A stretch of 64,000 nt of DNA from Candidatus Latescibacterota bacterium (GTDB taxonomy: Bacteria > Latescibacterota > UBA2968). The stretch is from contig OZ240241.1 in assembly GCA_965198115.1 (NCBI GenBank), forward strand, positions 7,616,001 through 7,680,000. Direction: 5' to 3'. Below, piece after piece: positions 32,401-41,859 of the stretch (position 1 is the first letter of the stretch; the number at the start of each line of letters is the position of its first letter). The position numbers were made by a program, and so were the translations under genes. The notes under the pieces were generated by a model. The model did not search any database. It had not been told where the DNA came from and saw nothing but the letters and a program-made list of their open reading frames with translations.

Positions 32401-35400
32401 GGCGGACCCGCCGCAGCATATCGATCGTCACGCCTTCATCGTCGATGCCTTCGGCAATCAGATCGATTTGGAGACAGCTGCACGTTTCATCGAGGAGAAT
32501 GATAATCTGCTCCTCGTTGCCGAAATCAACCCGTTCGGTGAGGGGCTCGTGTCGCTCGCGTTCATCGACCCGAACTTTGGGCGTCCGCCAGGTCATAACG
32601 AACAGATGTTCTGGACTGACCAGGTCGAAATCAACGTCGAACAGCGCCTCTTCATCTTCAGACAGGAAGGTCCCGTCCGTCTTGCCGATGATGCTGTCAT
32701 CACCGGCACCGACGGCGAACCCCTGACCATCGAAGACCTCCTACCGGGCATACGTGCGTTCGTGCGAGGCGAGGAATTCGGCGAAGATGTCCTTATCACA
32801 GCCATCACACTCATCCCCAACATCGATAGCGCGGACCTGGTCGCCGAGGTCGGAGACTTCGACGAGGACGGCATCGCGAACGATGTCATCGTCGAACTCC
32901 GCGATCAGAACGGGAATCCGATCCAGCTTCCCCTTCGCATCTTTGTCGATTTCAACCATCCGTTCGAGACACGCTCCGGCCACATTCTGACCGACATACC
33001 GGCCGGTCCCCACGTGATTCGCCACGAGGTCGCCTCGAGGCCTGAGATTCACGATGAAGCACGCGTCTTCATAGGCGAGCGCGTCTCGACGTTGAGCGTG
33101 CTCGAAACGGTCCCCGCCGACGGAGCGACGGGTGTCCCCGTCGCAACCGACCTGCGCATTACTTTCAGCGAAGCCGTGCAGCAGTTCGGCGATTACGTTT
33201 CGGTCGAAGGCGACATTCATCCCGAACCCCTCACGCGTGACGAAGACATCGGTTTCACGCTGGAGGAGGAAGGCACCATCCTTGTCGTCCAAAACCTCGT
33301 CTTCGAGGAAAACACGACCTACACGCTCGTCATCTCATCCGCCACAGGCAGGGATGGTGGCGTGATGATCGACCCGATCCACGTTCAGTTCTCCACCGGC
33401 GAGAGCCTTCGCGAGCTGGGGAGCCTCACCGGCACGGTTACGCTGAACTCAGACTTGAGGTTCGTGGGCACGATCAGGCTCTTCAACGAAGAAGGCGAAC
33501 AGGTCCAGGAAGCACCGGTCTCCAGCTCGGGGAACTTCGTGTTCAACGCCCTGTTCGAAGGCACGTATCGCCTCGTCGCGGATGCCACGACCGAAGACGG
33601 TCGTGCCGTCAGCAGTGTCTACCACGATGAGATCGAAATCGGACCGGGCGAGGTGCTCGGCGGGTTCAACATCGTGCTCGAGCTTCCCGACGCGCCGGCA
33701 CCAGGCGGTGGTGAAGGAAATGAAGGAACGCTCGTCCAACTGGATCTCGACACACGTTCGGGCAACCAGGGTCTCGACAATGCGCGTGCGCTACCCGATG
33801 CGGATGTGAAGGTCACCGTTTACGCCGTAGACGTTCAGGACGTCATCGGCTACAACGTGTCTTTCGCCTACGATTCCACTGCCGTGTCCTTCGTCGGCGT
33901 AGACGAGGGGACGAGCGATGAAATCAACCTGCTCAAGCAGAACAGCGGTCTCGCCGTGACACTGCCGCCCATCGTGGGGGCGGGAAGCGTAGAGTTCGCA
34001 GGGGCGATTCTCGGGGCTGCCCAATCCCAGTCCGTTTCCGGAGAGGGCGTTCTGGGTGTCTTCCGATTCAAAACGAAAAACGACTTCGCGGCCCCGACGG
34101 AATTCCTCGTCCCGCGTGTCCTGCTTCAGACTTCTGCCAACGCCGACACCATCGACACATTAGCCCGGGCGGCCATCGATCTGGCCACTCAGCGTATTCT
34201 GCTCGGTCTCACCGCCAATCCCGATACGATTCGAGCCGACGGTCGCACGCGTTCGGCACTCAGGGTCGGTTTGAAGGATGCCGACAGCAATCCCATCCTC
34301 GAATCGACCTCGGTTCGCTTCGAAATCGTGACCGGCAGGGGCACGCTGGCACAGACCGAAATCGTCGCGTCCGGCGGCAAGGCCGAAGTCGATCTATACG
34401 GCAGCTCTTCGGGGTTGGTCACCGTCGAAGTCAGTGTCGACGGGGCGTCCCCTGAGCGTGTCAGCATCTGGCTCGAGGCGCCACCCGTCATCGGCACGGG
34501 TGCTGTCGGTCCGATCGTGCTCGACCTCGATCTCGAGGCCGGCGACCAGGGCCTGCGCGAAACCTCGAACCTCAACTCGGGTGACGAGGTGGCAATCGAT
34601 CTCGTGCTGACCGACGACCTGGCCGAGGGTCTATCCGGGTTCGAGATTCTCCTCCTCTACGACGAAACCGCCTTGAACTTCTCACGGTTCGAAATCGGCG
34701 AAGTCTTCGACGGTGCACTGCCGCTCACATCGACCGGGATCGACAGTCTGACGATCAGCGCGGCGATGCTCGGAAACACGACGACACGCCCCTCCGGTAG
34801 CCTCGGCCAGGTCGTGTTCGAGATAGGAGAAGGCTTCGGCGACGAAGTTTTCATTCGTCTCGACCGTGGCCAGCTCGGCGGCCCCGATGGCACCGTTCCC
34901 CTCGATATCGGACCAAGCGGGGCCACAATCCTCCTGGGTGGGCAATCTGCCGCCACGCCAGATTTCGATGGCGACGGAACGGTTGGATTCACCGATTTCG
35001 TCCAGTTCGCCGGAGCGTTCGGCTCTCGTGACGGAGACAATCTCTACGACGCTCGATTCGATCTGGACGGAAGCGGCGACATCGGCTTTCCCGATTTTGT
35101 CACGTTCGCCCAGGTCTTCGGCGGTCCAGCCTCGAAACGAACGAGGCTTGCCAAATCGGCGAGCACAATCGAGCTCCAACAGGTCACGCGGTTTGTCGAA
35201 GATGGCACCGTGGCACTCGACCTGAGCGCGTCCGGTGAGTTGGCGGGCTATGATTTGACCGTCGTCTACGATCCTGCGAGCGTGGAAATCCTCGGCGTGA
35301 CGTCAGAAATCGCGTCTCTCCTGTCCGCAGGGAATGATCCGGCACTGATGGAGGAGTTGACGCCCGGACGTCTTCGGATCACCGATTACGGTTCGGAGTG

Positions 35401-35821
35401 GTACGGGGAAGACGCCTTCATTTCCATCGTCGCACGTCCGATTGGCAACAGTGTGCCCACGCTGGACATCGTGGACGCGACGCTCGCCACGGAATCGGGC
35501 ATTCGAACAGCATCCGTACTGCACCAGATCGACGACCGCCCGACGGTGACCGAATTGGGGCGGAACTTCCCCAACCCCTTCAATCCAGATACGGTCATTC
35601 CCTTTGCGCTCTCCGAGGGTGGCCGCGTTCAGATCGTCGTCTACAACGTGCTCGGACAGGAAGTCGTCCGCCTGGCAGACGATCAGTACACAATCGGTCG
35701 TCACACCGTCGTCTGGAATGGGAAGGACGCAGTGGGCCGGTCAGCTTCGAGCGGACTCTACTTCGTTCGAATGGTCACCGCAGGGACCAAGGCTACGAGA
35801 AAGATGACCTTGGTCAAATGA
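29469..35821 (+). CDS. Giant secreted modular protein: DUF5666-like repeats, Ig-like, cohesin-like, dockerin/EF-hand, FlgD-Ig/Por-type tail; frameshift near 29560
   Basis: ATG 29469 (GGAGG RBS) encodes signal peptide MSCRTLSWIVGVMILALSVPLSAQ; the main frame has TVPADGATGV, LTANPDTIRADG, DFDGDGTVGFTDF, NFPNPFNP..VYNVLGQEV..WNGKD..SGLYF. Confidence 0.85.
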
Positions 35822-35840
35822 CAACGTGAAACGGCATCAC

Positions 35841-35869
35841 CGCAGGGGCGGTTTGAAACCGCCCCTGCG
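35841..35869. repeat. REP-like palindrome
   Basis: CGCAGGGGCGGTTT-G-AAACCGCCCCTGCG, perfect arms. Confidence 0.65.
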
Positions 35870-35889
35870 TAATCCACACTACCCCACAC

Positions 35890-35921
35890 AAAAAGGCGCC
35901 GACCACTTGGTCGGCGCCTTT
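35890..35921 (-). terminator. Rho-independent terminator (possibly bidirectional)
   Basis: AAAAAGGCGCCGACCA-CT-TGGTCGGCGCCTTT between convergent genes. Confidence 0.85.
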
Positions 35922-35949
35922 CTCCATTGTGTGTCTCGGCTGATCCGGA

Positions 35950-36153
35950 TCAGCCTTTCTTGGTGACGTTGGCCGCCTGGAGTCCCTTCGGACCTTCGGT
36001 GACCTCGAATTCGACCTCCTCGCCCTCGGACAACGTCTTAAACCCCTCTCCCTCGATGGCACTAAAATGGACGAACACGTCGTCTCCCCCATCTTGTTCG
36101 ATGAAGCCGTAGCCCTTGGCGTCGTTGAACCACTTAACTCGGCCTTCTGGCAA
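35950..36153 (-). CDS. cspA: Cold-shock protein
   Basis: [32 protein letters not shown]; TTG start at 36153 with AAGGTGG RBS. The symbol is family-level only. Confidence 0.95.
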   Translation of the reverse strand: MPEGRVKWFNDAKGYGFIEQDGGDDVFVHFSAIEGEGFKTLSEGEEVEFEVTEGPKGLQAANVTKKG

Positions 36154-36333
36154 AGAATTCACCACCTTTCTGCCATCAAAAACACCGGCGTCCGGATCGA
36201 TCAGCCGTAGCTTTTCGGTATCCTTCGTGCCCTACATAAAACGAAAAAACGGCAAGGGGTCATACCTCAATCCCTTGCCACATTAACCACCCAGGTCTCG
36301 TGCTGAGAGACAGATTTTATGACCGCGGGCGTT

Positions 36334-36361
36334 AAAATAGCTTATCAGACCCCGAAGTCAA
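36334..36361 (-). promoter_or_regulatory. Candidate sigma-70 promoter giving a long csp 5' leader
   Basis: TTGACT-16nt-TATTTT; the leader of about 170 nt contains a GGCAAGGG/CCCTTGCC hairpin. Confidence 0.5.
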
Positions 36362-36390
36362 ACTATTATTCTCCCCCCTCCGAATTTTTC

Positions 36391-37580
36391 TCAAGCGGCC
36401 AGAATGTTCACCCGATTCGCGAGATTCGCGGCTGTAGAAGCCGTGTTATTCGGGGTCCCCTGGAGGCGACGGTTCTCGCTCTGAACGTCCCGTAAATCCC
36501 GCTGGGCGGATCGCAGGTCCTGCTCCAGCTCGCGCGTCTCCGACCGCAACTCCCTTGCCTGACGCTCGTTCGAATTGATCCGGCTCTCACGCCGAGCCTC
36601 AGATCCTTGGGCCGCCGACTCCGCTGTCTGCTGCAGGTTTTGGCGAGACTGGGCATCGGCGTCGGCCGTCAAACCACGCTGGATTTCGTTCGAGTCGGCC
36701 TGGAGGTTCTCACGTATTTCCTCCGTCGTATTCGCCCGACTGATCTGCTCGGCCGTGGGTTGCGCAACACGTGGTGTCGTCTGGTTCTGTACGGCTGCAA
36801 GTCGAATGGTCGCGTCAGCTCCCTGGTTGAGAGTCCTCGCCTGCAACGTTTCCAAATTCGGAATCTCACGAGCCAGATCCTGGAGTGTGGCCGTGGCCGT
36901 CGGCCGTTGAGGGGCGTTCTCATCGACTTGCGGTGGACCGGGCGCCGCCCTGGTATCGCGACGAGCTTCGATTCGATCGAGCGCGGCCTGGACAGCTGGA
37001 TTCGCCCGCGCACGATCGGTTGCGGCCGTCTGACTTGTCGCGACGCCCTCGAGTGCGACTTGAACTGTCGCATTCGCGCGGTTTTCCCGGGCGGTTGTCC
37101 TGCCCACGTTCCGGAGAGAGGCGAAACGGTCCAACGCCGTTTGTACTGCCGGGTTGGCGGGAGCGCGTTCTAGACGACCGGGTCGTTCGCCGGCCCCTTC
37201 CGCCCGCCTTTCTACACGAGTGTCTGTCGCCCTGACAGCTGGCAGGGGAGCCTGGCGGCGAGGTCGGTTTTCCTCAGGATCGGGAGCTGCGGTGGGGGCC
37301 CCTGCCTGGTCGTCTCCCGTCGTTCGAGCCGTCAGCTGGGCGCGCAGCTGCTGCGCTGCCTGAGACTGCGGTGGCAGCTGTTCGCGTACGTTTCGCGGGC
37401 GACGTGCGTCGTCCTCCCGGCCCCGGCCGCGGGCGACGGTGCGATCAGACTCGTCCCTACCTCGGGCGATACGTCTGCGACCGTCGTCGTCATCGCGATC
37501 GGCTACGCGGGTCGCGACACCCCCACGAATCGACTGTAGTAATCCCAAGAGCCGGTCGTTGCCGGCACGTGAAACAAAAA
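36391..37580 (-). CDS. Low-complexity coiled-coil protein (FlxA-like C-terminus); start codon cut off by IS1595
   Basis: Three internal ANPAVQxAL-type repeats, C-terminal coiled coil, ends NRVNILAA; the original ATG lies at 39232 beyond the IS. Confidence 0.65.
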
Positions 37581-37696
37581 CGCAATTAGTAGTTCTTGAC
37601 TTTCTATCTTGCCTGTTTTATTGTTTGGAATGTCATGAACGGGACCCGACTGAATTTCTGGCGCAACTTCAAACCCCCAATAGAAAGGTCAAGTAA

Positions 37697-37834
37697 ATGC
37701 CGAAAACACCACCGAAACCGTCTAAGAAACCGCCCAAGAAGCCGCCCAAGAAACCACCTAACCAGCGCATCAATATTCGAGCATCCCAGAAGCCCATAGA
37801 ATCAAAAAAATCACCGAAGAACAGAAAGAAATGA
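37697..37834 (+). CDS. Putative 45-aa Lys/Pro-rich peptide
   Basis: AGAAAGG RBS; MPKTPPKPSKKPPKKPPKKPPNQRINIRASQKPIESKKSPKNRKK; TTGACT-17-TATTGT promoter at 37596-37624. Confidence 0.5.
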   Translation: MPKTPPKPSKKPPKKPPKKPPNQRINIRASQKPIESKKSPKNRKK

Positions 37835-38255
37835 TAGCACAAATGTAAAACCACCATTTTCGATTTATGGTTTTAACATTCTCTAGCATTGCTTCACCTG
37901 CGTTCTGGATCGTGTCTTTCTTGAACTCCAAGCATGATGAAGATGAAGATGAAGAAAGATAATGTTCAAAGAGCGTAGAAGGATCAATTTGCTGTATATG
38001 GCCATGTGCGCATCCAATCAAACAAAGACCTATCGAGAGCAAAAGAGAACCTGCCACCCAAAGAAAATCAGTCTCCATATGTAAATCCAGTGCTTTTAAC
38101 GCCACAGGAAAAGCCAATACCGACGGGAGCAACAAGGCTAGCAACTTCTGAAGGCGAAGATTCATTGCATCCAACAACTTCTGTGCAACTTCATAAGAAT
38201 TGACAGCCAACTCATAGATCAAATCTACAGACGGAAATTCTTTCTCGTCATTCAT
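37770..38255 (-). CDS. 3-TM passenger membrane protein
   Basis: ATG 38255 overlaps the transposase TGA (ATGA); helix-TM-TM-loop-helix(NRK)-TM layout; AT-rich. Confidence 0.75.
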   Translation of the reverse strand: MNDEKEFPSVDLIYELAVNSYEVAQKLLDAMNLRLQKLLALLLPSVLAFPVALKALDLHMETDFLWVAGSLLLSIGLCLIGCAHGHIQQIDPSTLFEHYLSSSSSSSCLEFKKDTIQNAGEAMLENVKTINRKWWFYICAIISFCSSVIFLILWASGMLEY

Positions 38256-39133
38256 GCGAAGCATCCTTTCACGAAGGAATCAAACGCCCGCTTGTTCTTC
38301 CGGTTGTTGTATTTGTAGCACGCCTCAGCCACGTAGAGCGGTGTAAACCGCTTCGAGTAGTGATGGTGGGAACCATACCAGGCTCTCTTGAGCAAAGACC
38401 ACACGCCCTCGATGGTGTTCGTATGAATGTCGCCGTCCGAATAGTGTCTCGCGTGCTGAATCACCGCGTGATTCATGATGCGACGGACGACATTGTAGAC
38501 CCCATATTCGTCCGTGATGAGCCTGGACCCGTCAGGATCGATGGCACGCCTGATGAACTGCAACACACCCTTACCCGAGAGATCATCCGCAACCTCGGCC
38601 ACGACCTTCCCTGAACGCTCCACGGCTCCGATTACAGCCGTTTTCTTCGTACCCCGCCCCCTGGGGTTCTGCTCGTCATCGTCGCGCTTGTTGCGCTTCC
38701 TGGGCCGCCCACCGACGTAGGTCTCGTCGGCCTCGATGATACCACGAAGTATGATTTTCCCCTGCTTGCTGGCCATTTCTGATCGGATACGCTGTTGCAT
38801 GTACCATGCTGTCTTCTGGTTCAGGCTCAGATCGCGGGCGAGCTGTGGACTGGACAGGCTTTTCTTTGCGTTCACGATAAGGGCAACAGCGGCAAACCAT
38901 TTCGGCAAAGGAATGTGCGTACCCTGAAACATCGTACCTGTCAACACGTTGAACGTTGACTTGCACGCGTGGCAATTCCAGCGGTTTACGTGCTTCGTCT
39001 CGCTCTTGCGGGCACACTCGTCTACCACGCCGCATCGGGGACAGAACGGATCATCTCCGAATCGGACCTTTTCCAGATGATCGATACACGCCTGCTGTGT
39101 CGGGAACTCTTTTGCTATGGTCATAAGGTCCAT
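38252..39133 (-). CDS. IS1595 family transposase
   Basis: Zn ribbon CPRCG..CHAC, EADETY, ITDE..Y, HTNTIEG.WS.LKR. Confidence 0.95.
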   Translation of the reverse strand: MDLMTIAKEFPTQQACIDHLEKVRFGDDPFCPRCGVVDECARKSETKHVNRWNCHACKSTFNVLTGTMFQGTHIPLPKWFAAVALIVNAKKSLSSPQLARDLSLNQKTAWYMQQRIRSEMASKQGKIILRGIIEADETYVGGRPRKRNKRDDDEQNPRGRGTKKTAVIGAVERSGKVVAEVADDLSGKGVLQFIRRAIDPDGSRLITDEYGVYNVVRRIMNHAVIQHARHYSDGDIHTNTIEGVWSLLKRAWYGSHHHYSKRFTPLYVAEACYKYNNRKNKRAFDSFVKGCFA

Positions 39134-39312
39134 TCTCAACCCCTTAGTGATTGTTTTTACAACTATTTAAATATACTCAATCACAAGGGGAAGTCAAGTC
39201 AAAAACTACTAATTGCGAACAAAAATCGGCATAGGACCCGTCCCCAGTTGATGTCGGATTGACCCATTCAGTCCGACGATCAAGACGTGTCTTTCCTACT
39301 GTCCAGCAAAAA

Positions 39313-39945
39313 GTCATGACCTCCGGCAAAGCCGGAGGCTTGAAAACTTGTGAACCGCTCAAAGCGGTTGGAAACCAAGCGCCACCTAAAGGTGGCGATT
39401 ACCTGAAAATGTTGAGCTGGTCGAGACGCCGGTCCTCCCGCTCCTGGTTCTGGATATACTCCCGAACCGTCTGTTCATCCTTGCCAACGGTGGAGACCCA
39501 GTAGCCTCTTGCCCAGAAATGCTGCCCGGTGAAGTTCGACCTGCGTCCCAGATAGTTCCGAGCAATGTGAATCGCACTCTTTCCTTTGATGAACCCTACC
39601 GTCTGAGCTACTGAGTGCTTCGGCGGGATCGAAATCAACGTGTGCACATGATCGGATCGCAGGTGACCCTCTTCCACACGGCATTCCTTCTGTGCGGCCA
39701 GATCCCGAATCACCTCGCCCAGATAGCGACGAATTTCACCATACAACACTTTTCTACGATACTTCCGAACCCAAACAACGTCATACTTGCACTCCCATAC
39801 CGTGTGACGTAGACTCCTTACGTTGTTCATTAGAGAGCCTTCCTTCCGTGTGCTTTGAGCGGTCTACGGCAAGGGAGGCTCTTACATATTTCTGGAACTG
39901 TCAAACTCTGGGAGTCTCCCCGGCAGAGCCGGGGGCTTACCAAGG
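39313..39945 (-). mobile_element. IS200-type element (tnpA only); ends approximate
   Basis: Subterminal hairpins CCTCCGGC-AAA-GCCGGAGG (39320-39338) and CCCCGGC-AGA-GCCGGGG (39918-39934). Confidence 0.85.
39399..39830 (-). CDS. tnpA: IS200/IS605 Y1 transposase
   Basis: KYRRK, DHVH (HUH), IPPK, KGKSA, FWARGY, YIQNQ. Confidence 0.95.
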   Translation of the reverse strand: MNNVRSLRHTVWECKYDVVWVRKYRRKVLYGEIRRYLGEVIRDLAAQKECRVEEGHLRSDHVHTLISIPPKHSVAQTVGFIKGKSAIHIARNYLGRRSNFTGQHFWARGYWVSTVGKDEQTVREYIQNQEREDRRLDQLNIFR

Positions 39946-40033
39946 TTTAGTTAGCGAACACTGACGGACGTGTCAATGTCGGGTGGAGCCGAGAGGATCG
40001 GGCAAGACACGCGAGCCCGACGTAGATCGTTGT

Positions 40034-40057
40034 AAAAGTGGCCTCGGGGCCACTTTT
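40034..40057. terminator. Bidirectional intrinsic terminator
   Basis: AAAAGTGGCC-TCGG-GGCCACTTTT. Confidence 0.75.
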
Positions 40058-40096
40058 CTCCCCTCACGGAGACTGCAGTAGTCTACAGCGGTGTGA

Positions 40097-41727
40097 TTAC
40101 GTTAAAATGAACCAGATCGGGCTTGTCCAGGCGATTTCTCCGTCCACCTAGGTGATTCGCAGGTAATAATAGCACGATTGGCCCGCCCTCTCACCTCGCG
40201 CTGCAGCGTGATTCGTGTGAGCTCCTGCTGATCGACCCAATCGAAGGACACATCGACGTCATCCCCGCGATACGTTCAGATCTCGACGTTGTTCCGAAGG
40301 ATTTCGATCCTGTCGACCTCCGCCGTTCCGAAAATCTGCGCTGACACATTCCGTTCCTGAATCAGATCCCGATCGGCCTCGTCCACCTCCACGATGCTTC
40401 CCATCCTGTGTCCGTCGATCGAAAAGTCGATCAGTGGCCGATGTCCCGTCGTCGCATAGCATCGCCGGTGGCGAAGGGCGTCGAAGATTCCCTCCTGCGA
40501 CGGCGCGTCTGCCTTCACCGCCGTCAAACCAGCGCGGTAGCCCCTCCCGGCCTCGGCCCGAACAGCGTCTGTGCCGATGCCCAGGCGGCTGTTGCTCCCC
40601 GCCCCTACGCCGGCAACGACGCCCGTCGCGAAGACAGCGTGAACGGTTCGTCGTGGATGTCGGTCCAACCGGATGTCGGGGTTTCGCCCTCCCCAGTGTT
40701 CCCTATTCCCCCAGCAAGAGTAAATTTCAAGCAGATGCGTGGCCACCATTTCTTCCCGGGACGAATCGGGCAAGCTATACCGCAGAACGGCGCCCGATTC
40801 AACACCGGTCTGGAAGGTGAACGACTCGCGTGTTAGCGTCGGATTCATCCCTACCGCCAACTCGAAGTCGAGTTCGGGCGCAGCCTCATCATCATCGATA
40901 CACGCGTGGAGGTCCCCCCACAACGGAGCGCTGCCCTGACTGAGGATTGGGTTGGTCACAGTCTGCAGACCGGTTTCGTCCTCACGTACCGTGAGCCGAA
41001 GAGGGTCCGCTTGCGGAGACTCCACAACGACCTCGAGCTGAACACCACGCCCTTCTAGATCTTCGTGGGCCTGGGACGGCGGCAAACGCACGCCGGTCCG
41101 ATCTGTCAGGAGCGAGAGCCATCCTCGCCAGTCTCGGCAACGGTTTCCCAGGGCGTCCCGGGCTACGACGCGAAGCGTGAAGGGTTCACCCGCGGTTACT
41201 CGAGACGGAGCAATGGCTTCCAGCCGCTCGATGTGTCCCGGAAGAACGTCCACCGTGGGTGCATCTTCGACGGCCAGGTAACGACGTCCCTCCTCTTCCG
41301 GCTCGGAGCAGACCCAAACACTGAACGTAGCCGGTCCCGCGTAGGGAGACGCAAAAGCCTTACCCGGCCCGTCGCCATAGTTCAACACAACCTGCTCGCC
41401 CGACCTCAAGGCCCCACGTTCGAGGAACAGATAGACCGCCTGATCGCCTGCCTCCTCGCGCAAGTCTTCTTCGATCTCACCTAGCACGGGTTCGACGGCG
41501 ACGCTGATGACAGATTCGATGTTCCCCGTCTGGGCGGAGACATGACCGGGTGCGTCAGGGTTGTCCGTCTGCGGTGCGCTGAAGCCGGTCGGTATCGTGA
41601 CGCGGATAACCGAACCCGGCGAAAGTCCCGATTCGCCCACCGCGTATGTAATCGACCAGAAACCGGCTTCTCCGGCGGGAATGGAAGGTTGTTGGCTGAG
41701 CGTCGTGCTACCTTCGGCGAAATTCAC
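40097..41727 (-). pseudogene. DUF3604-like protein with disrupted C-terminus
   Basis: TNPI..WGDLH, EIYSCWG, GLTAV, ALRHRRCYATTG; then in-frame TGA at 40276, a frameshift near 40185 and a TAG inside YYYLRIT*VDGEIAWTSPIWF. Confidence 0.7.
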
Positions 41728-41859
41728 GGGGACCCCTTCGTGCACGTCCGGTTCGATGCGCGAATTAGTATAAGGCTGCCCGTCTCCCGTATCAATCGAC
41801 ACAAACAGAAACGCCACCGACAAGCGTCGATGGCGTTCTTGCCAAACCGTGGGCGAACG

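Larger units (their letters stand above)
37581..39217 (-). mobile_element. IS1595-family element with passenger gene(s)
   Basis: 22-bp IRs CGCAATTAGTAGTT(C/T)TTGACTT (21/22 match); 8-bp TSD AACAAAAA at 37573-37580 and 39218-39225; lower GC. Confidence 0.93.

Noticed and set aside
29469-35821. True cellulosome scaffoldin
   Set aside because: No recognisable CBM3 or dockerin-bearing glycoside hydrolase in the window
39240-39300. Sigma-28 promoter for the FlxA-like gene
   Set aside because: TCCGACAT only weakly resembles GCCGATAA, there is no TAAA at the right spacing, and it is part of a hairpin
39313-39398. TnpB/omega-RNA system at the IS200
   Set aside because: No tnpB ORF; only about 85 bp with three short hairpins lie between the tnpA stop and the element end
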